Source: Methanomassiliicoccaceae archaeon (GTDB lineage Archaea > Thermoplasmatota > Thermoplasmata > Methanomassiliicoccales > Methanomassiliicoccaceae). Taken from it: a DNA stretch of 64,000 nt. The notes beneath the pieces are model-generated. The model worked only from the letters and a program-made list of their open reading frames with translations. It was not told where the DNA came from and searched no databases. The position numbers were made by a program, and so were the translations under genes. Each line of letters begins with the position of its first letter. Positions within the stretch are counted from its first letter, which is position 1. Of this stretch, positions 20,423 through 31,393 are shown piece after piece. Where the stretch lies: contig CAVSJV010000004.1 of the NCBI GenBank assembly GCA_963728405.1, positions 128,001 through 192,000 on the forward strand, read 5' to 3'.

Positions 20423-21748
20423 TCACTTTGCCGCATCCCGGAACGCTGAATCCAGGATGTCCATGGCCTCGTCGATGAAGGCCTCATCCACTATCAGGGG
20501 CGGGATATAACGAATGGCCGAGCGACCGGCGGGCAGCAGCATGAGGCCGCGCTTGTACGAAAGCTCGACGACCTTGTTCCTCGCCTCGATGGCATACTCC
20601 TTGGTCTGGCGGTCCTTGACCAGCTCGGTCGCCTGCATCAACCCGAGGCCGCGGACGTCGCCGATGATCTGGTGCTTCTCCTGCAGTTCCCGAAGCCGCC
20701 TGTTCAGATAGTGCCCCATCTTCTCGGAATTCTCAATGAGCCGGTCCTCCTTAATCACCTCAAATGTGGCGAGGGAGGACGCACAGGCCAGCAGATTCCC
20801 GCCGAAGGTATTGGAATGAGCGGATGGGCCGAAGTCCATGTACCGCGGAAATATGGTCGCGGCGATAGGCACGCCGGAACCGAGCGACTTGGCCGAGCAG
20901 ATGATATCCGGGACGACGTCGAAATGCTCAATCGCCCACATCTTGCCGGTGCGTCCCATTCCCGCCTGCACCTCGTCATCGACCAGCAGGATGCTGTGGC
21001 GCTTGCATATCTTCGAAAGCTCCTGGACGAAATCCTTGGGTGGTACTATATAACCGCCCTCACCCTGGACCGGCTCCAAGAAGACGGCCGCGACCTCCTC
21101 GGCGGGGATGTACGATTCGAAATATGTTTCCTCGATCATCTTGGCACACTGGGTACCACAGCTTCCTTTCTCCAGCTTGTATGGGCAGCGGTAGCAGTTC
21201 GCATAGGGGACGTGTTCGACCCCGGGGACGGTGGGAAAGAACCTCTCCTGCTGTATCGATTTGGACGACGTCAGGGAGAGCGAGCCCATGGTCCGGCCGT
21301 GGAAGCAGCCGATGAACGCCAGATACCTCTTCCGTTGGGTATACCATCGGGCTAGCTTCATGGCCGCCTCGACGGACTCGCTACCGCTATTGGAAAAGAA
21401 CACCTTCTTCTCGATCTTGCCTGGTGTCACCTCATCGAGCTTCTTCGCCAGCTTCACCTGCGCATCATAATAGAAGTCCGTGCCAGCGAAGTGAAAGAGC
21501 TTCTCTGCCTGCTCCTGCACCGCCTTGATGATGCGAGGGTCGGAATGCCCTACGTTCATGACCGAAATGCCGCAGACGAAGTCCAGGAAGGTGTTGCCAT
21601 CGACGTCCGTGACCACGCCCCCCTTAGCATGAGCGACCGCCACCGGAGAGGTCTTGGTACTGGTCGCGATGTACCGGTGGTCCGCTTCCACGATCTCCCT
21701 GGCCTTCGGGCCTGGCGGTTCTGTCACGATGTTAGCGATCCGTCCCAT
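20423..21748 (-). CDS. Class III PLP aminotransferase (ornithine/lysine/4-aminobutyrate type)
   Basis: HFAGTDFY, FHGRTMG, EPVQGEGGY, DEVQAGMGRTG, SAKSLG, HSNTFGGN. Confidence 0.92.
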   Translation of the reverse strand: MGRIANIVTEPPGPKAREIVEADHRYIATSTKTSPVAVAHAKGGVVTDVDGNTFLDFVCGISVMNVGHSDPRIIKAVQEQAEKLFHFAGTDFYYDAQVKLAKKLDEVTPGKIEKKVFFSNSGSESVEAAMKLARWYTQRKRYLAFIGCFHGRTMGSLSLTSSKSIQQERFFPTVPGVEHVPYANCYRCPYKLEKGSCGTQCAKMIEETYFESYIPAEEVAAVFLEPVQGEGGYIVPPKDFVQELSKICKRHSILLVDDEVQAGMGRTGKMWAIEHFDVVPDIICSAKSLGSGVPIAATIFPRYMDFGPSAHSNTFGGNLLACASSLATFEVIKEDRLIENSEKMGHYLNRRLRELQEKHQIIGDVRGLGLMQATELVKDRQTKEYAIEARNKVVELSYKRGLMLLPAGRSAIRYIPPLIVDEAFIDEAMDILDSAFRDAAK

Positions 21749-21886
21749 TTTATCTTAGCTCCAATATGCGACCGATGGCCTTCCGCCCTATTTGCCGTTT
21801 TCCGGTCCGCGATGGTAGTTGTTCGCTCTCGGAACTTTTTCCCCAAATACTAATACTGGTAGCTCCAAACAAGTTACTGGTAGGTC

Positions 21887-23062
21887 ATGAAAGGTCAGGG
21901 CTCGAGCGGCCTATGGTTATTGGTGATCGGACTGATCGCGTTGTTCATGGTAGCTACGATGGTCGCCCCGGCCTTGATCGACCAGACCAAGGGGGTGACG
22001 AGCAACGGTGCCGATGATAGCGACAATGGCTCGCAGGTGCTCAAGTTCAACTCACCCATCATTGTCCTTGAGAAGAGCACGCTAGAGCAGGGGGGAAGTA
22101 CCCGTCTCACTATTCGCGCTACTCCGGAGACCCCCACCACTGAGGGCGGTGGCTCCTTCGCTTGGATTATCTCGATCGATGGGTCAAAGGGGCAGGGAGG
22201 CGATTTTTTCGTCTATTATGGCGAACAGATGGTACAGTGGTTCGCCGGTCAGAATGGGGCGATCGTGGGGATCGGTCCCCGTTTCACTCAGGGGCCGGGA
22301 GCTGCATCGGTGGAGATCTCCACCTCATTATCGGTCGTGGCCAATGCGGCCGGTAGCTTCGCCCTAAATGCCTGGGTTGCCGAGGCCAAGGACCTGGTCT
22401 CCCTAGATCCAACGATCCTACAGGCACGCAGCCCGGTGCAGTCACAGAGCTTCCAGGTTGCCGAGAAGGTCGCTATCGGTGCGACGGTGGTACAGACCCT
22501 GAGCGGACCTACCAGCGCGAAAGAGGACAGCTACGTGAAATTTACGCTCACATCTCAGGCCCATGCCACCGGGAAGTGGAAGTCCACCATAACGGACTTT
22601 ATCGCCATCACCAAGAGCGGCATCCGCTCCTCGGATGTGCTGGCCCGGGTAACGACCGACCGAGCGTCCCGGTCCATCAGCTGGACCGATTCTGGTGACC
22701 GGCTGGTGGGAACGCTTGCGTCCTCGTCGCCGTTCAAGGGCACCGAGAACTCCGAATCGGCCCAATGGACGACATCGTTCGAGCTGGAGTTCACCACTTC
22801 GGCCAATTACAAGATCGAATGTTGGTCGGTCGAATCCGGGACGGAGAAGGTGATGTCATCCACGATCTCGCACGATGTAGAGGTCAAGAAGACCATTACG
22901 ACGACCCCGGTGATCAACACAACGACACCGAGCACCAGCAATGCAACGGTCACGCCTACGGCGCCCGTGGTGAACACACCAACCCCGGCCGCCAGTAATA
23001 TGACCCCTGCCACGCCGGCGCCCACCAACGGCTCAGCAACGAACGCGACCAACAGAACCTGA
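21887..23062 (+). CDS. Exported protein with two beta-sandwich-like domains and a Thr/Pro-rich tail
   Basis: N-terminal hydrophobic helix; tail TTTPVINTTTPSTSNAT...NGSATNATNRT with several N-x-S/T sequons. Confidence 0.8.
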   Translation: MKGQGSSGLWLLVIGLIALFMVATMVAPALIDQTKGVTSNGADDSDNGSQVLKFNSPIIVLEKSTLEQGGSTRLTIRATPETPTTEGGGSFAWIISIDGSKGQGGDFFVYYGEQMVQWFAGQNGAIVGIGPRFTQGPGAASVEISTSLSVVANAAGSFALNAWVAEAKDLVSLDPTILQARSPVQSQSFQVAEKVAIGATVVQTLSGPTSAKEDSYVKFTLTSQAHATGKWKSTITDFIAITKSGIRSSDVLARVTTDRASRSISWTDSGDRLVGTLASSSPFKGTENSESAQWTTSFELEFTTSANYKIECWSVESGTEKVMSSTISHDVEVKKTITTTPVINTTTPSTSNATVTPTAPVVNTPTPAASNMTPATPAPTNGSATNATNRT

Positions 23063-23079
23063 TGCTCGCTTGACGCGGC

Positions 23080-23763
23080 CTAGTCCTCGGACTGCATCTT
23101 CTCAGCCGATTCGATACACTTCGACAATATCGAGTACGCCTGCATCATGTCGTCCTCGCTGACGATGAAGATGGTGTCGGTGAACACGCTGACCGACTCG
23201 AGCACATTGATGCCGCCGTCGGCGAGGTTGTTGGCTAGGTAGGCGAAAACCCCGCTTGTTTCGGCAATGCGTTCGGGGGAACGGACCGATATCTCCACCA
23301 GGTCCATGCGGATCTTGACCACATTCTCCTGGCCGACCGCGTTCACCACCTCGTTCTTCAACTTCTCGTCGGCGATGATGGTTATGGCATGGGTCCCCTG
23401 GATGACCTGCATAATGGACTTGTCGTTGAACAGCTTCTTGAGAATGCTTTCCAGGCGATGAAGCACGGTCCAGTCGTTCTTGGCAGTGATGATGGCGATC
23501 TTGGTCTTGAGCTCTAGACGGGAATTGCGCAGGACCCTCAGAATGTCATTCTCGTGATCCTGGCGGCCCAGCTTGACGGCGTAGCGCCGGCAGGCGATCA
23601 TGACCGCTTCCTCGTTGCCGATGGACAGGTCCTTCATGATCAGCCTGGCCAGCGAGGAGTAGTTGATGAGGTCTTTGGAAATGCAATCCTTGACACTTGG
23701 ATGAGCATCGATATATAAGCGGGTTCGTTCTGCGATGCTCTCCTTCTGCACTTCCTTCTTCAT
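23080..23763 (-). CDS. ACT-domain regulatory protein (archaeal type)
   Basis: SIAERTR.YID.HPS..DLINYSSLAR N-domain; ACT motif SGVFAYLANNLADGGINVLE. Confidence 0.88.
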   Translation of the reverse strand: MKKEVQKESIAERTRLYIDAHPSVKDCISKDLINYSSLARLIMKDLSIGNEEAVMIACRRYAVKLGRQDHENDILRVLRNSRLELKTKIAIITAKNDWTVLHRLESILKKLFNDKSIMQVIQGTHAITIIADEKLKNEVVNAVGQENVVKIRMDLVEISVRSPERIAETSGVFAYLANNLADGGINVLESVSVFTDTIFIVSEDDMMQAYSILSKCIESAEKMQSED

Positions 23764-24395
23764 GGGTTCGGACGAATAACGGGGTGCATTATTAAAGTTG
23801 TTACGGTGAGCGGGCCATCTGGGGAATGTAGGACGATCTGACGAGAATGTGGTCACGGTGTCGGTCGACCACCAGGCAAGGTGAGGGAGAAGCCCGAAAA
23901 AGGCGTCCGTCCTCGGCAGGGTTTGCAGAATGGTGAATGACGTCTTGGCCCCGGTCAGGCGGTCGAAAGCAGAGTGATCTCTGAATCGCAATCCTGTCAA
24001 GGCATCAGAGGGGGCGGGGTCTGAACGCTTACCACGGCCAATATGGGGGTGGGAATAATGGTCCGAGCTACCGATCGAAGAGATTATTCGCTTCTTCGGG
24101 CATGAGGACGACGAATTGGTTCTTAAGTCTCGATCTAGAGGACATGGGCAGTGCTAAGGGAAGGCTTGCGTCATACCAAGCCAGCACCAATTCTTCGAGA
24201 CGGGGAACTTTTTCGCATACCCTTAACAAATGGACAGAGCGGCATTTCTGCCCGTGAATCGTCCCTGTCTGAAAGAGCATGGGCTCGTTCATCATCCTAT
24301 GGGAATTTTCCAGCGTACCCACCGCTCGATCTCGTTCTCCAAAAATAACATTGTCCTGAACAATTTTATCTACATTCACTGATTATCGATCTTAC

Positions 24396-24839
24396 GTGGT
24401 GGCAAGGAAGATATTACTGGTGGAGGATGAGCTCCCTTACGCCAAGTTCATCATCGAGACGTTCGGCGAATATGAGCCGACCTTTGACATATTCCATGTC
24501 AACAGCGGTCGGGCAGCCGTAGCCCTGCTCAACAGCGGATACAAGCCTGAACTTATCCTCTCGGACATGAGGATGCCCAAGATGGGGGGGCATGAGCTTG
24601 CGACCAAGGTGAGGGCGAACCCCGCGTTCCAGGCCATCCCGTTTTACATTCTTTCGGGATCGTCCTGCGAAGAGGACGCTGGAAAAGGCCTGGAGTGCCA
24701 TGCCGACCTCCATCTTATAAAACCGAACAGCTACGCACAGGTCTTGGGCCTGGTCGAACAGATCAGAGCGGTGTTCGCTTCCGAGAGCCCGGATTGCCAA
24801 GCGGACGCTTCTATGATCGATGCATATTATTCACCCTAG
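24396..24839 (+). CDS. Stand-alone response regulator receiver
   Basis: ILLVEDE, LSDMRMPKMGG, ILSGS, LIKP. Confidence 0.9.
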   Translation: MVARKILLVEDELPYAKFIIETFGEYEPTFDIFHVNSGRAAVALLNSGYKPELILSDMRMPKMGGHELATKVRANPAFQAIPFYILSGSSCEEDAGKGLECHADLHLIKPNSYAQVLGLVEQIRAVFASESPDCQADASMIDAYYSP

Positions 24840-24951
24840 TTGGATCGGCCGTTCGGACAGGTCCCCGACGCCCTTTCCCCCACGCACTCATTCGACCTCA
24901 TCCACATTCAACCCATCATGTGTGCTGGAGGGCAGACCATTTCCCATATCT

Positions 24952-25635
24952 TTACCAGCCAGCCAGGAACGCTAGCGTGAACACGCTGAAGCTAAGTGTC
25001 CCTAGGAACAGCGCCGCCAGCCACTTCCTCCGGTTCAGGTTACGAGCATAGGCCGCGCCGAGGATGGCAAAGAGTATCGTGGCGACCAAACGAGAAGCGT
25101 AGAGGGCCTGGGCCGGATCGGTCAAGATCAATAATGGGGCTACAAGGGGGATGACCAGAGTTGTATCGATGGCGAAGATGCCCAGAGCATAGTACCAGTC
25201 CTCACGGCCCGGATAGTATCGTTGCTTTATCGGATCATTACCGGGGGGCCCCGCAGCGATCAGGTCGAGAACTTTCTTCCGGTCCTCCACATCCAAACCC
25301 GAGGTCACCGTATCATCGAGAGCGCTAAAGGCAGCCTCACGGGAATCCTTGTCGTTCCTGCTCCTCAGGTCAAAGACCATCCGCTCGGTCCTGGCTCTCT
25401 CGATGATGTTAGTGTGCATCACCGAGATCCCGTCAATGAGCCCCCAGGCTATATTGACCACGAAGGCGACCAAGATGGCATAGGCGATTGCTCCCCGGTC
25501 CAATTCTGTGGAGCCCAGAATGCCCAATGAAACGACGACCATCCACACCGCATAGAACATCTCTCCTAGACGGTCCCCTATGGGCAGATACTTACCATAG
25601 AAGGCTCTAATTCTGGGAACCAATCTCTCGACCAT
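24952..25635 (-). CDS. VIT1/CCC1-like membrane protein
   Basis: RLGEMFY, NIAWGLIDG, 2+3 TM arrangement around a soluble loop. Confidence 0.65.
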   Translation of the reverse strand: MVERLVPRIRAFYGKYLPIGDRLGEMFYAVWMVVVSLGILGSTELDRGAIAYAILVAFVVNIAWGLIDGISVMHTNIIERARTERMVFDLRSRNDKDSREAAFSALDDTVTSGLDVEDRKKVLDLIAAGPPGNDPIKQRYYPGREDWYYALGIFAIDTTLVIPLVAPLLILTDPAQALYASRLVATILFAILGAAYARNLNRRKWLAALFLGTLSFSVFTLAFLAGW

Positions 25636-26071
25636 GGAGTCCTCAGATTATGGATGAACTTTGGAATTGGAAGGATATACATCTTTAGTAGGCAGCGTGC
25701 CCTGCCAAGGCGGACCAAAATACGCTGAGCGAGCAGGATATGGATCTATCGAGACAGTTCGGTTGACCGATCAAGCTTCGGATGGTAGGGGAATGTCCGA
25801 AGGTGTTCTCCGGAACCAAGTGCCTCCCTCATCTGAGCCAGCGCCCATTTTCCGGGAGGATGAGGCAGAGCGATGGTAAATGGTGGGCCTCATGGGCATC
25901 TGATTTCCTTCCCCGCGTTAACCTCGATGGTCGACGTCCGGGACAAGCCATTAGGTTCCATCGGGCATCAGGCCTTGGCAGGTCTAACCATTCTCATCAC
26001 AACATAGCGGCAGAGGGGCGGCCATGATGAAGATCGTAAGCTCAACCTTAGTAGCAGGAATGGCAATCCGC

Positions 26072-26287
26072 ATGAGTCTGCTGGCGATCACCATGTCTTT
26101 CCTTGCAGGAGGGCTTGTGGGGGCCGCGATCGTTCATCATGAGAAGGACAAAATGAAAGAGAAAGATAAAAACAGAAAGGAAAAAGGAAAGTGGCCATCA
26201 ACCAGAGCTAATGATGGCTATGATTCCTCCGATCATGCCCAGGGTCGAACCGATGATGTATCCTCCGCCCAGGAACAGGGCCAGTAA
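26072..26287 (+). CDS. Possible small single-TM protein; 3' end uncertain
   Basis: MSLLAITMSFLAGGLVGAAIVHHEKDKMKEK; frame runs into the convergent gene. Confidence 0.4.
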   Translation: MSLLAITMSFLAGGLVGAAIVHHEKDKMKEKDKNRKEKGKWPSTRANDGYDSSDHAQGRTDDVSSAQEQGQ

Positions 26288-26573
26288 TGAGAAGATGATG
26301 ATCGATGCACCGATAACGACATGTTGGTCCGGACTTCTGGTCAGCGCATAGGCCGATGAGTAGACGATCAGGCCCAGGATGACCAGCATGATCCCCAGGA
26401 ACAGGACGGATATGCCCACTCCCAGGCTTAACACGACAGCATAATAGATCGAGCTGAAGAATATCGCGATCAGACCCTGGAGGATGATTATGCTCCCCCC
26501 GATCACCGATAAGGTAAAACCCGCTCGCGAATAGGTCCCATGTTGCTTGATATGTTACCTTTTCCGTAGTCAT
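26198..26573 (-). CDS. Small 4-TM membrane protein; +1 frameshift ~26540
   Basis: GGAGG SD before ATG 26573; joins GFTLSVIGG...GGGYIIGSTLGMIGGII. Confidence 0.7.
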
Positions 26574-26764
26574 TCTTTATACCCTCCATTTTTGTTTGTG
26601 ACTGGACATGCCAGCAATCCAAGGTCAAATTGTTAGGGGCGATGATAAATAGATAATCTAATGGAAAATCGCGATGGGGACCATTTCATTGCAGAATGTG
26701 TCGCAATGGATTCCCCGGCGGTTGATAATGCGGTTTTGAGCCCGGGGGCCCTATTTGCTCCAGA

Positions 26765-27061
26765 TCAGATAGGTCCGTTGCCGATGAACAATCCGTAGAA
26801 TATGTAAAGGACGATCGCCAGATGGATCAGTAAAAAGGCCGGTACCAGGAGGAACATGCTCTTGTGGGTCTTGTGATGGAACAGCCTCATGGCCGCAAAA
26901 GCCCCGAACGGTCCGAATAACGAGAGCACCAGCAGGCTTCTTTCTGAGGCTCTTTCCTTGCGCCTCCCCGCACTCCTCTTGTCTAAGAAGAAAGCGACGA
27001 ACGCGATGAGGTTCAGGATCAAGTAGGCGCCGATGATGAGCTCAGGCCAGGCTACCATCAT
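26765..27061 (-). CDS. DUF1294 family membrane protein
   Basis: NLIAF..F.LDKRSA....R.SE..L, GPFGA..AM.LFHHKT.K. Confidence 0.9.
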   Translation of the reverse strand: MMVAWPELIIGAYLILNLIAFVAFFLDKRSAGRRKERASERSLLVLSLFGPFGAFAAMRLFHHKTHKSMFLLVPAFLLIHLAIVLYIFYGLFIGNGPI

Positions 27062-27104
27062 CGATCCTCCTTGTCTTCGAGCATAGGGCCCATGGCGGTC
27101 CGGC

Positions 27105-28285
27105 TCATTGACCGAGGAAGCGCTTCAAGACCCCATTCAGCTCGCGGACAGATGCTTCGCTGACGATGAGCGGCGGGACCATCCTCACGACCTTTCCGCC
27201 AGATACGTTGACCAGTATGCCGTTCTTCAAGGCGAACTCCTGGAACTGCTTGGCCCGTTCGCCCATCTCCAGCCCGATCATCAGGCCCTTGCCTCGAACG
27301 TCGGTGATCTTCCCACCTTGAACTGCGATGCCCCTCAGTTCCTGGGCCCAGGAAGCGCCCAGCTCGGCCGAACGCTCCACCAGTCGCTCCTGCTTCATGG
27401 TGTCGATGACCGCCTTGGCCACCGCGCAGGCGAGAGGGTTGCCCCCGAACATGTCGTACCGTGCATGCCCGGCTTGAACGCCGAGGCAATGTCCCGCGAC
27501 GTCAAGCAAGCTCCCATGGGGAAACCGTTGCCCAGCGCCTTGGCCAGGGTCACGATGTCCGGCACGACCCGGTAGTGTTGGAACCCGAACCACTTACCGG
27601 TTCGTCCCATGCCGGTCTGGACCTCGTCAACGATGAACAATGCGCCCCGTTCGTCACATACGTCCCGAGCGGTACGGAAGAATTCGTCGCCAGCGGGGAT
27701 TATGCCCCCCTCGCCCTGGATCGGTTCACAGATCATGGCGGCGGTGTCCTTGGTGACCGCGGCCTTGAGCTGCTCCACGCTTCCGTAATCGATGAAATCA
27801 AAGGCCTTGGAGAGCAGGGGCTCGAAGCCAGCCTGGTACTTCAGCTGCCCTGTTGCGGACAGTGTCATAGAGGTCCGCCCATGGAAGGAGTTGTGAGTAG
27901 AGACGATGCGAGACCGTCCCGTCGCCTTCACCGCTAGCTTGAGGGCCGCCTCGTTCGCTTCCGCGCCGCTGTTGACGAACATGGTAGCGCTGAGAGGCGG
28001 GGGAGCCACGCTGGCCAAGGCTTCAGCGGCCTCGGCCTGCTCCTTGATGAGATATAGATTGGAAACGTGCATGAGGCGCTGCGATTGCTCGCAGATGGCC
28101 TTAGTTATCGCCGGGTGCGAATAACCGAGCGAGTTTACCGCAATGCCGGCCACCAGGTCGATGTACCGCTTCCCGTCCAGATCGTATAGGAACTCCCTCT
28201 CCCCGTGATCAAAGCAAATGTCCTGGCGTGCATAGTTCTGGAACAGGAACCTCTGGTCCAGCTCCTTTACCTTGTCCTTGTTCAT
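27105..28285 (-). CDS. argD: Acetylornithine aminotransferase; +2 frameshift ~27451
   Basis: GIAVNSLG, NSGAEANE, FHGRT, DEVQTG, LAKALGNG, HGTT/FGGNPLA; in arg operon. Confidence 0.93.
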
Positions 28286-29136
28286 TTTAATCCCTTAGTG
28301 ATCTTGGTGCCACAATCCTCGCTCTTAACCAATTTGCGGACGATGGAATGAGGCTCCTTTCCGTTCAACATATATACGACCTTGACACCGCTGTGCAGGG
28401 CGGTCCTCGCTGCCTCGACCTTGGGGACCATGCCACCGGTGATCACACCGGAGGCGATGAGGGCGTCGATCTCTTGGAGGGTCGTGGAGTGGACGACCTC
28501 CTTGCTCCCCTCGCCGCCTTTCAATATCCCCGGGACGTCGCTGACCAGCACCATCTCCTCCGCTCCCGCCGCCCGGGCAACATGGGCGGCCACTGTATCG
28601 GCATTGACGTTGAACTTCCTACCGCTCTCGTCGGCGCAGATCGGATAGATGACCGGCACCACCCCTGCGGACATGATATCCTCGAGCTTGATCGGATTGA
28701 CTTGGGAGATATCGCCGACATTGCCCAGATCGACCAGCACCTCGTGGCCGTTATCGTCCCTGACCTTGATCGGCGCAATCTTGATGGCGATGATCGTGCC
28801 GTTGGCGGCGCCCGCCATCCCCCGGGCGTTGACGCCGGCGCGGACCAGCGCGTCCACGACCGTCGAGTTGATGCGGCGGAGCACTTCCTCCGCTATGGCC
28901 AGCGAGGCGTCGTCGGTGACACGCAGCCCTGCTACTTTCTTGACATTTAGGCCGCGCTTCTCCATTTCCAGTGAGATCTCCGGCCCACCGCCATGGACCA
29001 ACACCGGATCGAAGCCGGCGGCGATCAGGGAGGCGATGTCCTGGCCGAAGCGCTCCAGGTCCTCCTCGCCGCTCAGTGCGTTACCGCCGAACTTGACCAG
29101 GATGCGCTTACCCTTGAGAACCGGGACTGGAGCCAT
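28282..29136 (-). CDS. argB: Acetylglutamate kinase
   Basis: VKFGGNA, VHGGGPEI, GLRVTD, NVNADT, GGMVPK. Confidence 0.96.
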   Translation of the reverse strand: MAPVPVLKGKRILVKFGGNALSGEEDLERFGQDIASLIAAGFDPVLVHGGGPEISLEMEKRGLNVKKVAGLRVTDDASLAIAEEVLRRINSTVVDALVRAGVNARGMAGAANGTIIAIKIAPIKVRDDNGHEVLVDLGNVGDISQVNPIKLEDIMSAGVVPVIYPICADESGRKFNVNADTVAAHVARAAGAEEMVLVSDVPGILKGGEGSKEVVHSTTLQEIDALIASGVITGGMVPKVEAARTALHSGVKVVYMLNGKEPHSIVRKLVKSEDCGTKITKGLK

Positions 29137-29143
29137 GCGTCAC

Positions 29144-30370
29144 CTAGGTGGTGTACTCGGCATTGATCTTCACATACTCGTAGGTGAGATCGCAGCCCCA
29201 TGCTTCGGCCTGGCCGGCGCCCACGCCAAGATCAAGGTTCATTATGATGTGGTGCTCGGACAACATCTTTCGGGCCTTTATCTCGGACTCGGAGCAGGGT
29301 TTGACCTGAGGTACGCCGCCCTCGAACAGGATGACCTCGTTGCCATTGCCACCGATGGTCAGGCGGACCTTGGAGATATCGAACTCGCTTCCTGAGTTAC
29401 CCATCGCCGCCAGCACCCGTCCGAAGTTGGGGTCGGCCCCGAAGATCGCCGTCTTGACCAGGCTGGAGGAGATAATCCATCGCCCGGTGGTCCTGGCCTC
29501 CTTATCGGTCTTCGCTCCCGATACTTTGAGCTCGATGAGCTTAGTGGCGCCTTCGCCGTCCAAAACGACCTGCTTAGCTAAGGACTGAAGTACATACAGT
29601 ACGCCGTTCCAGAATTCCTGGTTCTCGTCCGCGGGCCTTCCCCCGGCCGCACCATTGGCCATGAATACCGAGATGTCGTTGGTGCTCTGATCCCCATCAA
29701 CATTGATCATGTTAAAGCTCTTGTTGATGCAGTCTTGCCACTTCCATTCTGGGGACTTGGTCAGTACGGCGTCGGTGGTGATGAAGCTCAGCGTCGTAGC
29801 GTGGAGCGTCCTCATCGACGGAGAGATCATCCCGGAGCCCTTGGCCATGCCGGCGATGGTGACCACCGTTCCGTCCTTTAAGGTCACCTGGCAGGCGGCC
29901 TCTTTGATCGTTTTGTCGGTAGTAAGAATGGCCATGTTGGCCTTGTGATCATAATCGCGGCCGGAACCCAGTTGCTTGGCGATACTGTCGATGCCCGGAA
30001 GAAGCTTGTCCATAGGCAGGAAGCGACCGATGACGCCGGTCGATGCTACGCCGACCAGGGCGGGGCCTATACCTAAAGCCTTGGCCGCCGTTTCCGACAT
30101 CGCTACCGAGTCCTTCATTCCCTGGGGGCCGGTGATGGCATTGGCGTTGCCGCTGTTCATGACGAACGCCTGCAGCTTCTCGCTGTGGCGATGGATCATA
30201 AGCTCGATGGGGGCGGCCCGCATCTTGTTCTGAGTATAGGCGCAGGCGGCCACGGCCGGGCGGTCCGAGTATATCATGGACAGATCCAGCCGTTCCTTCT
30301 TGATGCCGCAATGAATGCCAGACGCCTTGAAACCCTTGGGGGTGGTTACCCCACCATCTATGATGTTCAT
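29144..30370 (-). CDS. argJ: Ornithine acetyltransferase
   Basis: NSGNANA, STGVIG, ILTTD, KGSGMI, DGEGATK, YVKINAEYTT. Confidence 0.96.
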   Translation of the reverse strand: MNIIDGGVTTPKGFKASGIHCGIKKERLDLSMIYSDRPAVAACAYTQNKMRAAPIELMIHRHSEKLQAFVMNSGNANAITGPQGMKDSVAMSETAAKALGIGPALVGVASTGVIGRFLPMDKLLPGIDSIAKQLGSGRDYDHKANMAILTTDKTIKEAACQVTLKDGTVVTIAGMAKGSGMISPSMRTLHATTLSFITTDAVLTKSPEWKWQDCINKSFNMINVDGDQSTNDISVFMANGAAGGRPADENQEFWNGVLYVLQSLAKQVVLDGEGATKLIELKVSGAKTDKEARTTGRWIISSSLVKTAIFGADPNFGRVLAAMGNSGSEFDISKVRLTIGGNGNEVILFEGGVPQVKPCSESEIKARKMLSEHHIIMNLDLGVGAGQAEAWGCDLTYEYVKINAEYTT

Positions 30371-30373
30371 CTC

Positions 30374-31393
30374 TTACACTCCTAATCCCGGGAAATCGAG
30401 ACCCACGGTCTCGTCCAATCCGAACATGATGTTCGCGTTCTGTACCGCCTGTCCTGCCGCGCCCTTGACCAGGTTGTCGAGCGCACCCATGACGACGACG
30501 GTGCTCATATCGGCCATCTCCAGCCCGACCTCGACGAAGTTTGATCCGATGGTCGAGGGGATGGAAGGGACAGACACCCGTCGGACGAACCTCCGCCCGG
30601 CGTAATATGAATCGTAGACCTGCGCCAATTCGTCCTTGCTCTTATCTTTTTTGAGAGTTACATAGCTCGTAGTGAGCATACCTCGGACGATGGGCAATAG
30701 GTGAGGCGTAAAGATTATACCCGTTGCAGTGTTGGCCACCGACTCCAGCGCCATCCTGATCTCCGGCGTATGCCGGTGCCCGACGATCTTGTACGGGGTG
30801 ATGGACGCGCCGCAGGACGGGTGATGGGTCTGCTTGCTTAGCTCCATCCCTGCACCGGAGGTGCCGCTCTTGGCGTCGATGATCACCTTGTCCTCGACGA
30901 GCTTTTTCGCCAATAAGGGGGCGAGGGACAGGACTGCGCAGGTCGGGTAGCAACCTGGGTTGGCGACCAGGTCGGCATGTGCGATAGCGTCACGGTTCAG
31001 CTCCGACATCCCGTAGACTGCCTTGGACAAGCCATCCAGGTCGGTATGGGGATGACCGTACCACTTCTCGTACATCTGAGGATCGGAAAGCCGGTAATCG
31101 CCGCTCAGGTCGATGACCTTCAGACCCCTGGCCAGCAACTCGGGAGCGAGGGCCATGGACGCCCCGTGAGGCGTGGCAAGAAAGACCAGATCATAGTCGG
31201 CGTCCTCATTCAGCTGGGCATTGAATGCCAGATCGGTAAAGCCCTTCAGAGAAGGGAGCACCTTGGACACCGGAACTCCGGCATTCTGCCTCGAGGTCAT
31301 CGCTTCCAGACGTATCTCTGGGTGACGGCACAGGATGCGCGCCAGTTCGCTGCCGGTATAGCCCGAACCTCCAATGACTGCGGCCTTGATCAT
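30374..31393 (-). CDS. argC: N-acetyl-gamma-glutamyl-phosphate reductase
   Basis: GGSGYTG, DLSGDYRL, ANPGCYPT, SGTSGAG, DNLVKGAAGQAVQN. Confidence 0.96.
   Translation of the reverse strand: MIKAAVIGGSGYTGSELARILCRHPEIRLEAMTSRQNAGVPVSKVLPSLKGFTDLAFNAQLNEDADYDLVFLATPHGASMALAPELLARGLKVIDLSGDYRLSDPQMYEKWYGHPHTDLDGLSKAVYGMSELNRDAIAHADLVANPGCYPTCAVLSLAPLLAKKLVEDKVIIDAKSGTSGAGMELSKQTHHPSCGASITPYKIVGHRHTPEIRMALESVANTATGIIFTPHLLPIVRGMLTTSYVTLKKDKSKDELAQVYDSYYAGRRFVRRVSVPSIPSTIGSNFVEVGLEMADMSTVVVMGALDNLVKGAAGQAVQNANIMFGLDETVGLDFPGLGV

Noticed and set aside
20423-21748. Class III aminotransferase as the missing cysteate aminotransferase
   Set aside because: It lies 30 kb from the CoM cluster and is an omega-amine-type enzyme; cysteate transamination is an alpha-amino reaction.
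22890-23060. Repetitive sequence as a CRISPR or tandem repeat
   Set aside because: It is the low-complexity Thr/Pro coding tail; no repeat-spacer periodicity.
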